Assembly (NCBI RefSeq): GCF_014192215.1
Contig: NZ_JACHXP010000003.1
Coordinates: forward strand, 119,744-151,743
Source: Halomonas cerina
GTDB lineage: Bacteria > Pseudomonadota > Gammaproteobacteria > Pseudomonadales > Halomonadaceae
Reading direction: 5' to 3'
Length of the DNA: 32,000 nt
This document shows positions 1 through 9,659 of this stretch, piece by piece. The translations under genes and the position numbers were made by a program. Position 1 is the first letter of the stretch, and every line of letters begins with the position of its first letter. Under the pieces are notes generated by a model. That model ran no database searches, had not been told where the DNA came from, and was given only the letters and a program-made list of their open reading frames with translations.

Positions 1-72
1 AGCTGACCGCTTCCATCACTGAGTTCCCATCTTTCCGAGTGCTCTCTCGACAGCCAGTCGCTGTCCTTTCCG

Positions 73-97
73 CCCGGCCGCAAGGCCGGGTTTTTTT
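73..97 (+). terminator. Rho-independent terminator of a plus-strand unit ending left of the window
   Basis: Stem CCCGGCC (73-79), loop GCAA, stem GGCCGGG (84-90), followed by T7 (91-97). Confidence 0.7.
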
Positions 98-102
98 GCC
101 GC

Positions 103-447
103 TCACAGCATTCCAAGTACACCGCGCAACGACTGCTCCACGGCGGCCATCTCCTCGGCGGTGAGAGTGGTCAGCGGGCCCTCGCCGAGTCGGGTCGGGT
201 CTAGCGCTCGCGGCTTGTCGATGACCACATAGGAGTCCACCAACAGGCGGTCGCGGGTGGGCAGGGGTACGCGAAATCGCTGCCATCCCGGCCGGAACTG
301 GGTGGTCAGCGGCAGCACGATCACCGTTTCGGCGCCAGCCTGCGTCAGCGCATCGGCCTGCATGACCAGGACCGGTCGAGCCTTGCCTACTTCGTTGCCC
401 CGGGTGGGATTCAGGTTGCCGACCCAGACCTCTCCGCGACGGATCAT
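103..447 (-). CDS. Type II toxin, MazF/PemK-family endoribonuclease
   Basis: N-terminus MIRRGEVWVGNLNPTRGNEVGKARPVLVMQ matches the PemK/MazF signature (RGxVWxxxxxPxxGxExxKxRPxLV). The ATG at 447 overlaps the antitoxin stop as ATGA. The track ORF start at 456 is a GTG 9 nt further upstream on the minus strand. Confidence 0.82.
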   Translation of the reverse strand: MIRRGEVWVGNLNPTRGNEVGKARPVLVMQADALTQAGAETVIVLPLTTQFRPGWQRFRVPLPTRDRLLVDSYVVIDKPRALDPTRLGEGPLTTLTAEEMAAVEQSLRGVLGML

Positions 448-746
448 TTCCACCACCGCGCGTTGGGGTCGACGCCGGCATCATGCTCCGTGCGGATCAG
501 GGCGTCCAGATCATCGTCTGGCATTTCGTCTGACAACTCGCCAGACACCTCCCGGCCAAGGGCATCATCCTGCCACTCGCGCATCTCCTGCACCATGTCC
601 TGGATGAACCGCTCCCTCTCACGGCGCAGCACGTATTCCTGTACTGCCTCCCGCACTAGCTCGGAACGCCCCTTATGGGCCAGACGGGCCTCCTCGGCAA
701 GCTTGCGTTCCAGGTCCTCGGGGAAGCGAATGCTCAGTGTTGACAT
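444..746 (-). CDS. Type II antitoxin, ribbon-helix-helix (CopG/MazE-like) with acidic C-terminal tail
   Basis: The N-terminus LSIRFPEDLERKLAEEARLAHKGRSELVREAVQEYV has an RHH pattern. It has a 4-nt ATGA overlap with the downstream toxin gene, and a GAGGTG SD precedes the ATG. Confidence 0.78.
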   Translation of the reverse strand: MSTLSIRFPEDLERKLAEEARLAHKGRSELVREAVQEYVLRRERERFIQDMVQEMREWQDDALGREVSGELSDEMPDDDLDALIRTEHDAGVDPNARWWK

Positions 747-770
747 TGCTACACCTCGCGCTGCGTTGGG

Positions 771-784
771 TATGACGAATCATA
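771..784. promoter_or_regulatory. Candidate TA operator (inverted repeat TATGA-N4-TCATA)
   Basis: A 5-4-5 inverted repeat lies 25-38 nt upstream of the antitoxin ATG, in the only available promoter region. Confidence 0.35.
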
Positions 785-851
785 AGACAATTTGCAGTGG
801 AAAATGCTCCGCGGGAGCAAGGGGGTCGCCCTGTCCAGTCATGGGCTTCCG

Positions 852-894
852 GGTGGCTGTATTCCAAGGCACTGTGCCTCGGAATACAGCCACC
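852..894. repeat. 43-bp near-perfect extragenic palindrome (REP-like element or factor-independent hairpin) downstream of the fructokinase gene
   Basis: GGTGGCTGTATTCC-a-AGGCAC-t-GTGCCT-c-GGAATACAGCCACC has a 14-bp outer stem plus a 6-bp inner stem. No U-tract follows on either strand. Confidence 0.6.
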
Positions 895-941
895 TGGGCG
901 ATGGCAGGCAACGCCCGGCGCCGGGCAGGAGGGTGGCGCGG

Positions 942-1898
942 TCAGGTCGTCAGGCGCTGCAGGTCTTCACGGGTCGGCAGGGCGTCATAGGCGCCGGGCC
1001 GGGTGACCGCATGGACGCCGCAACGGCAGGCGACGGTCACCGCCTCGGTCAGGAAGGTCTCGTCATCATGCCAGCCTTCCAGTCCGTGCCGGGCGAGCAT
1101 GGCCAGCAGGCCGCCGATGAAGGCATCACCGCCGGCGGTGGTGTCCACCGGCTCGACGGCGGGGGGCGTCACCACCAGCGACAGGCCGACGCCCGCCACG
1201 CGCACGTCGTCACCGCCATCGGTGATCACGATCAGCTTGACGCCGGCAGCCAGGCGCTCGGCCAGCCAGGCGTCCTCGGGATGGTCGGCGCGCAGGTAGT
1301 CGACTTCTTCACGGGAGAGCTTGAGCAGGCTCGCCGCGTCCAGCAGGCGGGTGACCAGGGCGATGTCGGCGGCGCCCTCTTCCCACAGATTATGGCGCAG
1401 GTTGGCGTCGACGCTGACCAGGCAGCCGGCCCGCGCGGCCATCTCGGCCATGGCCAGGGTGGTCTCGGCGATGGCTGGCTCGGTCAGGCTATTGCTGCAC
1501 AGGTGCAGGATGGCCGGCTCGGCGAAGATCCCCGCCGGCAGGTGTTCCACGCGGTAGAGCAGGTCGGCGGCGGGGGGGCGGTAGAAGTCGAAGGTGCGCT
1601 CTCCGGTCGCGTCCCGGGACACGAAGGCCAGGGCGGTGCGGGCCTCGCGGGTACGGACCACGCCCGAGATATCCACGCCGTGGGCGGCTAGCGCCTCGGC
1701 GATGAAGTCCCCGAAGTGATCATCGCCGAGCATGCCCAAAAAGCGGCTGGGCACCCCTAGCCGGGCGCAGGCCACGGCCACATTGGCGGGGGCGCCGCCG
1801 GCATAGGGGGTAAAGGTCTCCGGCCCGTCCTGGGTATCTCCCAGGCGGCTGGAGAGCATGTCGACGAGGGCCTCGCCGAAGGCGATAACGGGCGTCAT
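942..1898 (-). CDS. PfkB-family sugar kinase, probable fructokinase
   Basis: MTPVIAFGEALVDML, GGAPANVAVACARLG and the C-terminal TTAGGDAFIGGLL (PfkB signature 2) are present. The start is set at ATG 1898, which has a GAGGA SD 7 nt upstream. The longer track ORF (to 2015) would overlap the upstream gene. Confidence 0.75.
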   Translation of the reverse strand: MTPVIAFGEALVDMLSSRLGDTQDGPETFTPYAGGAPANVAVACARLGVPSRFLGMLGDDHFGDFIAEALAAHGVDISGVVRTREARTALAFVSRDATGERTFDFYRPPAADLLYRVEHLPAGIFAEPAILHLCSNSLTEPAIAETTLAMAEMAARAGCLVSVDANLRHNLWEEGAADIALVTRLLDAASLLKLSREEVDYLRADHPEDAWLAERLAAGVKLIVITDGGDDVRVAGVGLSLVVTPPAVEPVDTTAGGDAFIGGLLAMLARHGLEGWHDDETFLTEAVTVACRCGVHAVTRPGAYDALPTREDLQRLTT

Positions 1899-1938
1899 GG
1901 TGGTGTCCTCAATCATTGTCGTGGTCAGGCACGAGGTG

Positions 1939-2817
1939 TCAGGCCACCTCGTGACCGCGGGCCGCCTCGAGCAGCGCATACCAGCTGGCACGGTCGAGGG
2001 TCTGGGCGGCGTCACGCCGGAGTGTCGCGATACGTTCGGCCTTGAGGCTGCCGATCACCGGCAGGGGACGGCCGGGCAGGGCGCGTAGCCAGGCCAGCGC
2101 CAGGCCGGCGGGAGAGGCGTCACGCTCCTCGGCGAGGCGCGACAGCCGCTCGCCGGTCTCGCCCTGCAGGCAGGCGCCGCCGCCCAGCGGCGACCAGGCC
2201 ATGGGCACCTGGCCGTCGCCGACCACGGCGTCGAACAGGCCGTCAAACAGCGGGGTGGCATGAGCCAGCGAAAGCTGCAGCTGGTGGGCGACCAGGCGAT
2301 GCGACATGGCCGCCTGCAGTCGACGCCAAGCCTCGGGCAGGAAGTTCGAGACCCCGGCGGCGCCGATCTTGCCGGCGGCGATGGCCTCATCCAGTGCCCG
2401 GGCGGTGGCCTCGGCGTCCATCAACGGGTCGGGTCGGTGGAGCAGGAAGTGGTCCAGGTGCTCCACCCCGAGGCGGGCCAGGGCGGCGTCGATGGCTGCG
2501 GTCACGTAGTCCGCCGAGCTGTCGTAGTGCTTGACGGCGAAGGGCGAGGCGTCACGCGCGGGCACGACGATGCTGGCCTTGGTCACTATCCGGACCCGCT
2601 CCGCCAGGCCGGGGCGGGCGCCCAGGGCGTCGCCGAACCGCGTCTCGCCGGCCCGGTCGCCGTAGATGTCGGCATGGTCGAACCAGCACAGGCCCTCGTC
2701 GAGGCGGGCCTCGATCCAGTCGGCCAGGGCGGTGGGAGCCTGCAGGTCGCGGGCCTCATGCAGGGCCATCATGCCCAGGGCGAAGGGCACGTCGAAGATC
2801 GCGCGGGTGTCGCTCAT
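1939..2817 (-). CDS. Aldo/keto reductase family oxidoreductase (YdhF-like)
   Basis: The motifs FDHADIYGDRAGETRFGDAL, HRPDPLMD and GVSNF are typical of AKRs. The start overlaps the upstream stop as ATGA (2814-2817). Confidence 0.8.
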   Translation of the reverse strand: MSDTRAIFDVPFALGMMALHEARDLQAPTALADWIEARLDEGLCWFDHADIYGDRAGETRFGDALGARPGLAERVRIVTKASIVVPARDASPFAVKHYDSSADYVTAAIDAALARLGVEHLDHFLLHRPDPLMDAEATARALDEAIAAGKIGAAGVSNFLPEAWRRLQAAMSHRLVAHQLQLSLAHATPLFDGLFDAVVGDGQVPMAWSPLGGGACLQGETGERLSRLAEERDASPAGLALAWLRALPGRPLPVIGSLKAERIATLRRDAAQTLDRASWYALLEAARGHEVA

Positions 2818-3791
2818 GCGTCACTCGCCAGGGAAAGGGTGGTACCCAGCAGGTGCTGGGCGCCGGGGACCAGCCACACCGGGTCGAGCCGGGTGTTGGC
2901 CGACTCGACGCACAGGAAGTGGCGGCTGGCCTCGGCGGAGGTGTCGTCGGGCAGGGTGTCGCCGGGATGCCAGATCACCGCCGAGTCGCTGCCTTGGCGG
3001 GCGACGCGCAGCCGGCGCCCGCCGTCGTCGAGGACCAGCTCGGCATTGGTGTGGTAGAGGCGGTCCAGGCCGCCGCGCACCCCCAGCTCGCCCTGCTGCT
3101 CGCGCTCGGCGAAGTCGGCCAGCTTGTCCAGGTAGCGCGCGCCGGCCAGCCCCTCCACGCGGCAGGCATGGGCCTCGACCACCGCCAGGTAGCTGTGCAG
3201 GGCGCCGGTGATCTTCACCGGCGTCTCGCCGACGTGCTCGGTGATCAGCTCCACATGCAGGCGTTGGGCATTGGCCTGGACCACCGCCCGGGGGACTAAT
3301 TGGGAGTGCAGCCGCTCGACCGGGGTGAGGTGCAGCTCCAGCCCCTCCTCGTGCTCGTCCACAGCCTCGAGGCGCCAGTCGGCCTTGCGCGCCGGGCCGT
3401 GCAGGGGGCCGGAGCGGTCCGGGGACTCGTCGGCGGTGCGCTCGTCGGCGAACCAGGGCCAGCACAGCGGGATGCCGCCGCGAATCGCCCCGGGCAAGGC
3501 TTGGGGGGAGGGCGTGACCCATAGCCAGCCACCGGGGACCAAGGACTCCTCGGCGTCGTCTTGCGATGCCGAAGCGCCGGCAGCTTGCGCCTCGTCGGGC
3601 GCCGACGAGGCGCCTTCGGCGGTCGCGGCCTCCGGCGATGCCGGTAGAAAGTGAAGGACCTGGGCGCCCTGGAGCGATACGGCGAGCTCGCCCCAGGGTT
3701 CCCTGGCCAGCCAGACCTCGCGGCCGGCCCAGTCGACACGGCGCTGGCCGTCGGTGGCGTCCAGCAGGGCGCGCAGGGATGCGGGAATCAT
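2814..3791 (-). CDS. D-hexose-6-phosphate mutarotase (glucose-6-phosphate 1-epimerase, YeaD-like) with a low-complexity insertion
   Basis: IRGGIPLCWPWF and HGPARKADW match the YeaD/aldose-1-epimerase-like core. A strong GGAGGAGG SD precedes the ATG. Confidence 0.7.
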   Translation of the reverse strand: MIPASLRALLDATDGQRRVDWAGREVWLAREPWGELAVSLQGAQVLHFLPASPEAATAEGASSAPDEAQAAGASASQDDAEESLVPGGWLWVTPSPQALPGAIRGGIPLCWPWFADERTADESPDRSGPLHGPARKADWRLEAVDEHEEGLELHLTPVERLHSQLVPRAVVQANAQRLHVELITEHVGETPVKITGALHSYLAVVEAHACRVEGLAGARYLDKLADFAEREQQGELGVRGGLDRLYHTNAELVLDDGGRRLRVARQGSDSAVIWHPGDTLPDDTSAEASRHFLCVESANTRLDPVWLVPGAQHLLGTTLSLASDA

Positions 3792-3809
3792 TCATCCTCC
3801 TCCGTCGAG

Positions 3810-4778
3810 CTACTCGACCTCTTCGTTGTGCAGGGCCTCGGCGGCGCCCAGCAGGCCCGTCCAGGGGGCGGTCACCACCTGCACCGGGATATTGCCGGTG
3901 TAGGCGCTCATGCGGCCCTTGGCGGCGAAGGCCTCGAGGAAGCGGCTCTCCGGCAGCCAGTCGAGCAGGCGCGGCAGGATGCCGCCGCACAGGTAGACCC
4001 CGCCCCGGGCGCCGAGGGTGAGCGCGGCATCGCCGCTGACGTCGCCGAGGATCTTCAGGAAACGCAGCAGGGTATCACGGGCCACGCCGTCACCGCTGCC
4101 GGCCGCCTCGGTGACCTCGGCGGGAGTGGCGTAGCGGGGCGGGGCGCCCTTCAGCGAGCAGTGGGCCAGGTAGAGGTCGAGCAGGCCCTGGCCGCACAGC
4201 AGCCGCTCCACCGAGATCCGGCCGTAGCGGTTGCGGAAGTGGCGCAGCAGGTTCTGTTCGCGCTCGTCGGTAGGGGCGAAGGTCACGTGGCCGCCCTCGG
4301 TGGGCAGCGGGATCCAGGCATGCCGGCCGGGAAAGACCCCGGCGACGCCGAGGCCGGTGCCGGGGCCGATCACCAGGCGGGCGGCATGGGGCGCCGCCTC
4401 GCCGGCCTGGACGGTGACCAACTGGTCGGCGGTGACGTGAGGCACGCCCAGCGCCTGAGCCATGAAGTCGTTGATCACCTTGAACAGCGTAAGCCCCAGG
4501 GCCTCGCGCACCGCGGTCTTGGTGAAAGCCCAGTGATTGTTGGTCATCACCACTCGTTCGCCGTGCACCGGGCAGGCGAAGGCCAGGCAGGCCTCCCGTG
4601 GCGCGCGAGCACCGATGGCGCCGACCCGTGTCAGGTAGTCGCGGATGGCCGACACCGGGCCGTCGTAATCGGCACAGGGCAGACTCTGGATGTCGTGGGG
4701 GTCGACGGCGCCCGGCGTCACCAGGGCCAGGCGGGCGTTGGTGCCGCCGATGTCACCGATAAGAGCGGGTCGGGTCAT
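3810..4778 (-). CDS. glk: Glucokinase
   Basis: The N-terminal LIGDIGGTNARLALV ATP-binding motif and the overall Glk pattern are present, and the gene sits immediately downstream of edd. Confidence 0.9.
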   Translation of the reverse strand: MTRPALIGDIGGTNARLALVTPGAVDPHDIQSLPCADYDGPVSAIRDYLTRVGAIGARAPREACLAFACPVHGERVVMTNNHWAFTKTAVREALGLTLFKVINDFMAQALGVPHVTADQLVTVQAGEAAPHAARLVIGPGTGLGVAGVFPGRHAWIPLPTEGGHVTFAPTDEREQNLLRHFRNRYGRISVERLLCGQGLLDLYLAHCSLKGAPPRYATPAEVTEAAGSGDGVARDTLLRFLKILGDVSGDAALTLGARGGVYLCGGILPRLLDWLPESRFLEAFAAKGRMSAYTGNIPVQVVTAPWTGLLGAAEALHNEEVE

Positions 4779-4787
4779 GGCAGGGCC

Positions 4788-6674
<1,887 letters not shown>

Positions 6675-6696
6675 GGAGCACCTCGGCTATGTCTAT

Positions 6697-6712
6697 TTGG
6701 TAAGTTTACCAA
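6697..6712. promoter_or_regulatory. Candidate operator upstream of edd (perfect palindrome TTGGTAA-gt-TTACCAA)
   Basis: A 7-2-7 perfect inverted repeat lies 23-38 nt upstream of the edd start, in an AT-rich 100-bp intergenic region. The core TGGT-N6-ACCA resembles GntR-type operators. Confidence 0.4.
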
Positions 6713-6774
6713 TATCTATTGCGATATTCCGCCTATCCTAGTCGGTTTTCCGCCTGTTTTGTAGTTTTATTACC

Positions 6775-8172
6775 TTAAAGTCCAAGAAGCCGGATCAGCC
6801 ATCGGCGGTAGGGCGGGTTGAGCAGCCCGACGGCGCTGCGTCGCGACTGGAGGAAGACACCGCGTGCCAGGCTGAAGCGCAAAAAGCCTGCCTCCCCCCG
6901 GTAGGCCCCCATACCGCTCGCGCCGACACCGCCGAAGGGCAGAGCAGGCACGGCGTTGTGCCACAGAGTGTCATTGAACACCACGCCACCGGAGTGGGTC
7001 TCTTCCAGCAGGCGTCGGCGCAGATCGGCATCGTCGGTGAAGGCATACAGCGCCAGCGGGCGAGGACCCTCGGTGACCCGCGCCAGGGCGGTGTCCAGGT
7101 CACGAACGCCGATCACCGGCAGCCAGGGACCGAAGACCTCCTCGTGCATGATCGCCAGGCCTTCGTGCGGGTCGATCACCAGGGTGGGCGGCAACTTGGC
7201 GCCACCGTCGGGGAGAGCGACGTGCTCTCCCAGTTCGATCACCCGGCAGCCGTGGTCGCGGGCCTCGTCGAGCATGGCCGTGAGGCGCCGGCGCTGCGCC
7301 TCACCCGGCACGGCGCTGTAGTCCTCGCTGGCGCTGCCCCGGGGGTAGAACGTCGTCACCGTCCGCGTCATGGCATCGATGAACTCGACGAGCCGGGAGG
7401 CTTCGATCAGGACGTGGTCCGGGGCGATGCAGGTCTGGCCGGCGTTGAGCCACTTGCCGAAGGCGATGCGCTCGGCGGCCTTCTCCAGGTCGGCGTCGGT
7501 CCCGATGATGACCGGGGTCTTGCCCCCCAGTTCCAGGGTAACCGGGGTCAGGTTGGCAGCGGCGGCGCGGGCCACCTCGTGCCCGACACGCGCGCTGCCG
7601 GTGAACAGCAGGTGATCGAAGGGCAGGGCCGAGAAGGCGCGCGCCACGTCGGTGTCGCCGGTCACCACGCAGAGTTCGTCCGGCGCGAAGTAGCGCTCGG
7701 CCAGCCGTGCCATCAGGGCACTGGTGGCCGGCGTCTGTTCGCCGGGCTTGATCATCACCCGATTGCCGGCGGCGAGGGCATCCACCGCCGGCATCCAGGC
7801 CAGGTGCCAGGGATAGTTGGACGGCGCGATGATACCCACCACCCCCAGTGGCTGGCGGTACACTCGGGCCCGCCCGGGGAGCAGGCGCCAGGGCACCGTG
7901 GCGCGCTTCGGGCGCATCCAGCGCCTGAGGTGCCGCCTGGCGTAGTGAATGGCCATCCGCAGGGGCGTGATCTCCGCCAGCCGTGTCTCGGCGTCGGCGC
8001 GGTGGCCGAAGTCCTGGCGGATGGCCTGAATGATCTCGTCGCGGTGGCGTCGGGTCATGGCATCGAGGCGGGCGAGGCGGTCGTGGCGACGCCGGGCCGA
8101 GGGGAAGGGCTCCACGGCGAAGGCTCGGCGCTGGGCCTCCAGACGAGCCGACAGCGCTTGGGCGTCGGACAT
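6775..8172 (-). CDS. NAD(P)-dependent aldehyde dehydrogenase (coniferyl-aldehyde-dehydrogenase-like subfamily)
   Basis: ELGGKTP and the catalytic region NAGQTCIAPD are present. The N-terminus MSDAQALSARLEAQRRAF is typical for this subfamily. The start is set at ATG 8172 with a GGGAGA SD. The 93-aa upstream extension in the track is Arg/Gly-rich junk. Confidence 0.85.
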   Translation of the reverse strand: MSDAQALSARLEAQRRAFAVEPFPSARRRHDRLARLDAMTRRHRDEIIQAIRQDFGHRADAETRLAEITPLRMAIHYARRHLRRWMRPKRATVPWRLLPGRARVYRQPLGVVGIIAPSNYPWHLAWMPAVDALAAGNRVMIKPGEQTPATSALMARLAERYFAPDELCVVTGDTDVARAFSALPFDHLLFTGSARVGHEVARAAAANLTPVTLELGGKTPVIIGTDADLEKAAERIAFGKWLNAGQTCIAPDHVLIEASRLVEFIDAMTRTVTTFYPRGSASEDYSAVPGEAQRRRLTAMLDEARDHGCRVIELGEHVALPDGGAKLPPTLVIDPHEGLAIMHEEVFGPWLPVIGVRDLDTALARVTEGPRPLALYAFTDDADLRRRLLEETHSGGVVFNDTLWHNAVPALPFGGVGASGMGAYRGEAGFLRFSLARGVFLQSRRSAVGLLNPPYRRWLIRLLGL

Positions 8173-8286
8173 GCGCGTCTCCCATGAGCAGCGGGTTGGA
8201 AGGGACGGGAAGGTCTGCGCACAATGTAGGCGCTTTGCCGGTGCCTTGTCAGCCGGCCCTCCCCGCCGCCTGCCCCTGGAGCGTCC

Positions 8287-9423
8287 ATGCCTCGACTGGT
8301 CCTGACCGAGTTGCCTGCCATCGCCAGGGTCCCGGCCGCGGCCTGGAATACCTTGGTTGGTGATGACCATCCCTTCCTGCGCCATGAGTTTCTGCACGCC
8401 CTGGAGGCCAGCGGCGCCGTGAGTCGGGCCACCGGCTGGGCACCGCGCCACCTTACTCTATGGCGAGGCGAGACCCTGGTGGGTCTGTTGCCTTACTATC
8501 ACAAGTACCATTCCTTCGGCGAGTACGTCTTCGATTGGGCCTGGGCCGAGGCCTGGGAGCGTGCCGGGGGTCGCTACTATCCCAAGGGGCTAACCGCGAT
8601 TCCCTATACGCCGGCGCCCGGGCCTCGGCTGGCACTGGCGCCGGATCTCGATCCTCGCGAGGCCCGCGGGGTGCTGGCCAGGGCCTGGGAAGAGGATGAG
8701 TCACTCTCGAGCTGGCACCTGCTGTTCGCCGAGGAGGCCGAGGTGGCCGGCTGGCAGGCGGCCTGTCCCCACCTGATCGCCCGCCACGGCGTGCAGTTCC
8801 AGTGGCAGGATCGGGGCTACGGCGACTTCACAGGCTTTCTGTCTGCCCTCACCTCGAAGCGGCGCAAGGCGATCCGCCGCGAGCGACGCCTGGTGACGGA
8901 GCAGGGGCTTACCCTGCACCGGCTCGAGGGGGAAGCGATTGGCGTCGAGGACATGGCTCACTTCCATCGCTGCTATGAGCTCACCTACCTCGAGCGGGGA
9001 CGCCGGGGCTACCTCAACCGTGACTTCTTCGAGCGGCTGCGCCACACCCTGCCTGGGAGCCTGGTGCTGATTCAGGCCCGGCTCGAAGGTCGGCCGGTGG
9101 CCGCCGCGCTCTGCCTGCAGGGGCGCCATACCCTCTATGGCCGCTACTGGGGCAGTGAGGTGGTGGCCGACTGCCTGCACTTCGAGGCCTGCTACTACCA
9201 GGGCATCGAGCACTGCCTCGCACAGGGATTGACCCGCTTCGATCCGGGCACCCAGGGCGAGCACAAGCTCAGCCGGGGCTTCGCGCCGCGACGGCTGACC
9301 TCGCTGCACCACATCGTCGACCCCGGTCTGCGCGTGGCGGTGGCCCGCTTCTGCCGCGAGGAGGCCGAGCATGTCGAGGCCTACTGCCGGGAGGCGGAAA
9401 AAGTGCTGCCATTCCGGGTGTAA
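8287..9423 (+). CDS. FemAB-like/GNAT-fold protein of the DUF482 (peptidoglycan biosynthesis/recognition) family
   Basis: HPFLRHEFLHALEASGAV, YHKYHSFGEYVFDWAWA and YYPKGLTAIPYTP look like the conserved DUF482 N-terminal region as I recall it. A GGAG SD is present. Confidence 0.7.
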   Translation: MPRLVLTELPAIARVPAAAWNTLVGDDHPFLRHEFLHALEASGAVSRATGWAPRHLTLWRGETLVGLLPYYHKYHSFGEYVFDWAWAEAWERAGGRYYPKGLTAIPYTPAPGPRLALAPDLDPREARGVLARAWEEDESLSSWHLLFAEEAEVAGWQAACPHLIARHGVQFQWQDRGYGDFTGFLSALTSKRRKAIRRERRLVTEQGLTLHRLEGEAIGVEDMAHFHRCYELTYLERGRRGYLNRDFFERLRHTLPGSLVLIQARLEGRPVAAALCLQGRHTLYGRYWGSEVVADCLHFEACYYQGIEHCLAQGLTRFDPGTQGEHKLSRGFAPRRLTSLHHIVDPGLRVAVARFCREEAEHVEAYCREAEKVLPFRV

Positions 9424-9659
9424 TTCTCATCCCCTGCTATGCTGAAGTTTGCAGAATGTAACTGTAGTGTTTCTCAGTGTGTGTGATTGGACACTTCGGC
9501 GAAGTCAAGAGCCGGGCAGATGCCGGCCAACGAACGACGCGTCAGCGCGTGGTCCGAAGCGTGTCATTCCCGATGCCCTCGGCAGGGTCATGTAGCGCGG
9601 TGGTTCACGTGGGCGACGGGATCCGCGTTCGTTGCCAACAAGGGATGAGGTGAGTCGCG

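Noticed and set aside
1-72. Possible 3' end of an RNA gene or CDS preceding the terminator at 73-97
   Set aside because: The fragment is too short and featureless to assign. Only the terminator is reported.
8173-8451. 93-aa N-terminal extension of the aldehyde dehydrogenase ORF; the kinase ORF has a similar 39-aa extension at 1899-2015
   Set aside because: The extensions are Arg/Gly-rich and lack family similarity. They would overlap the divergent promoter region (for the ALDH) or the upstream gene (for the kinase). Internal ATGs with good SD sequences give canonical N-termini.
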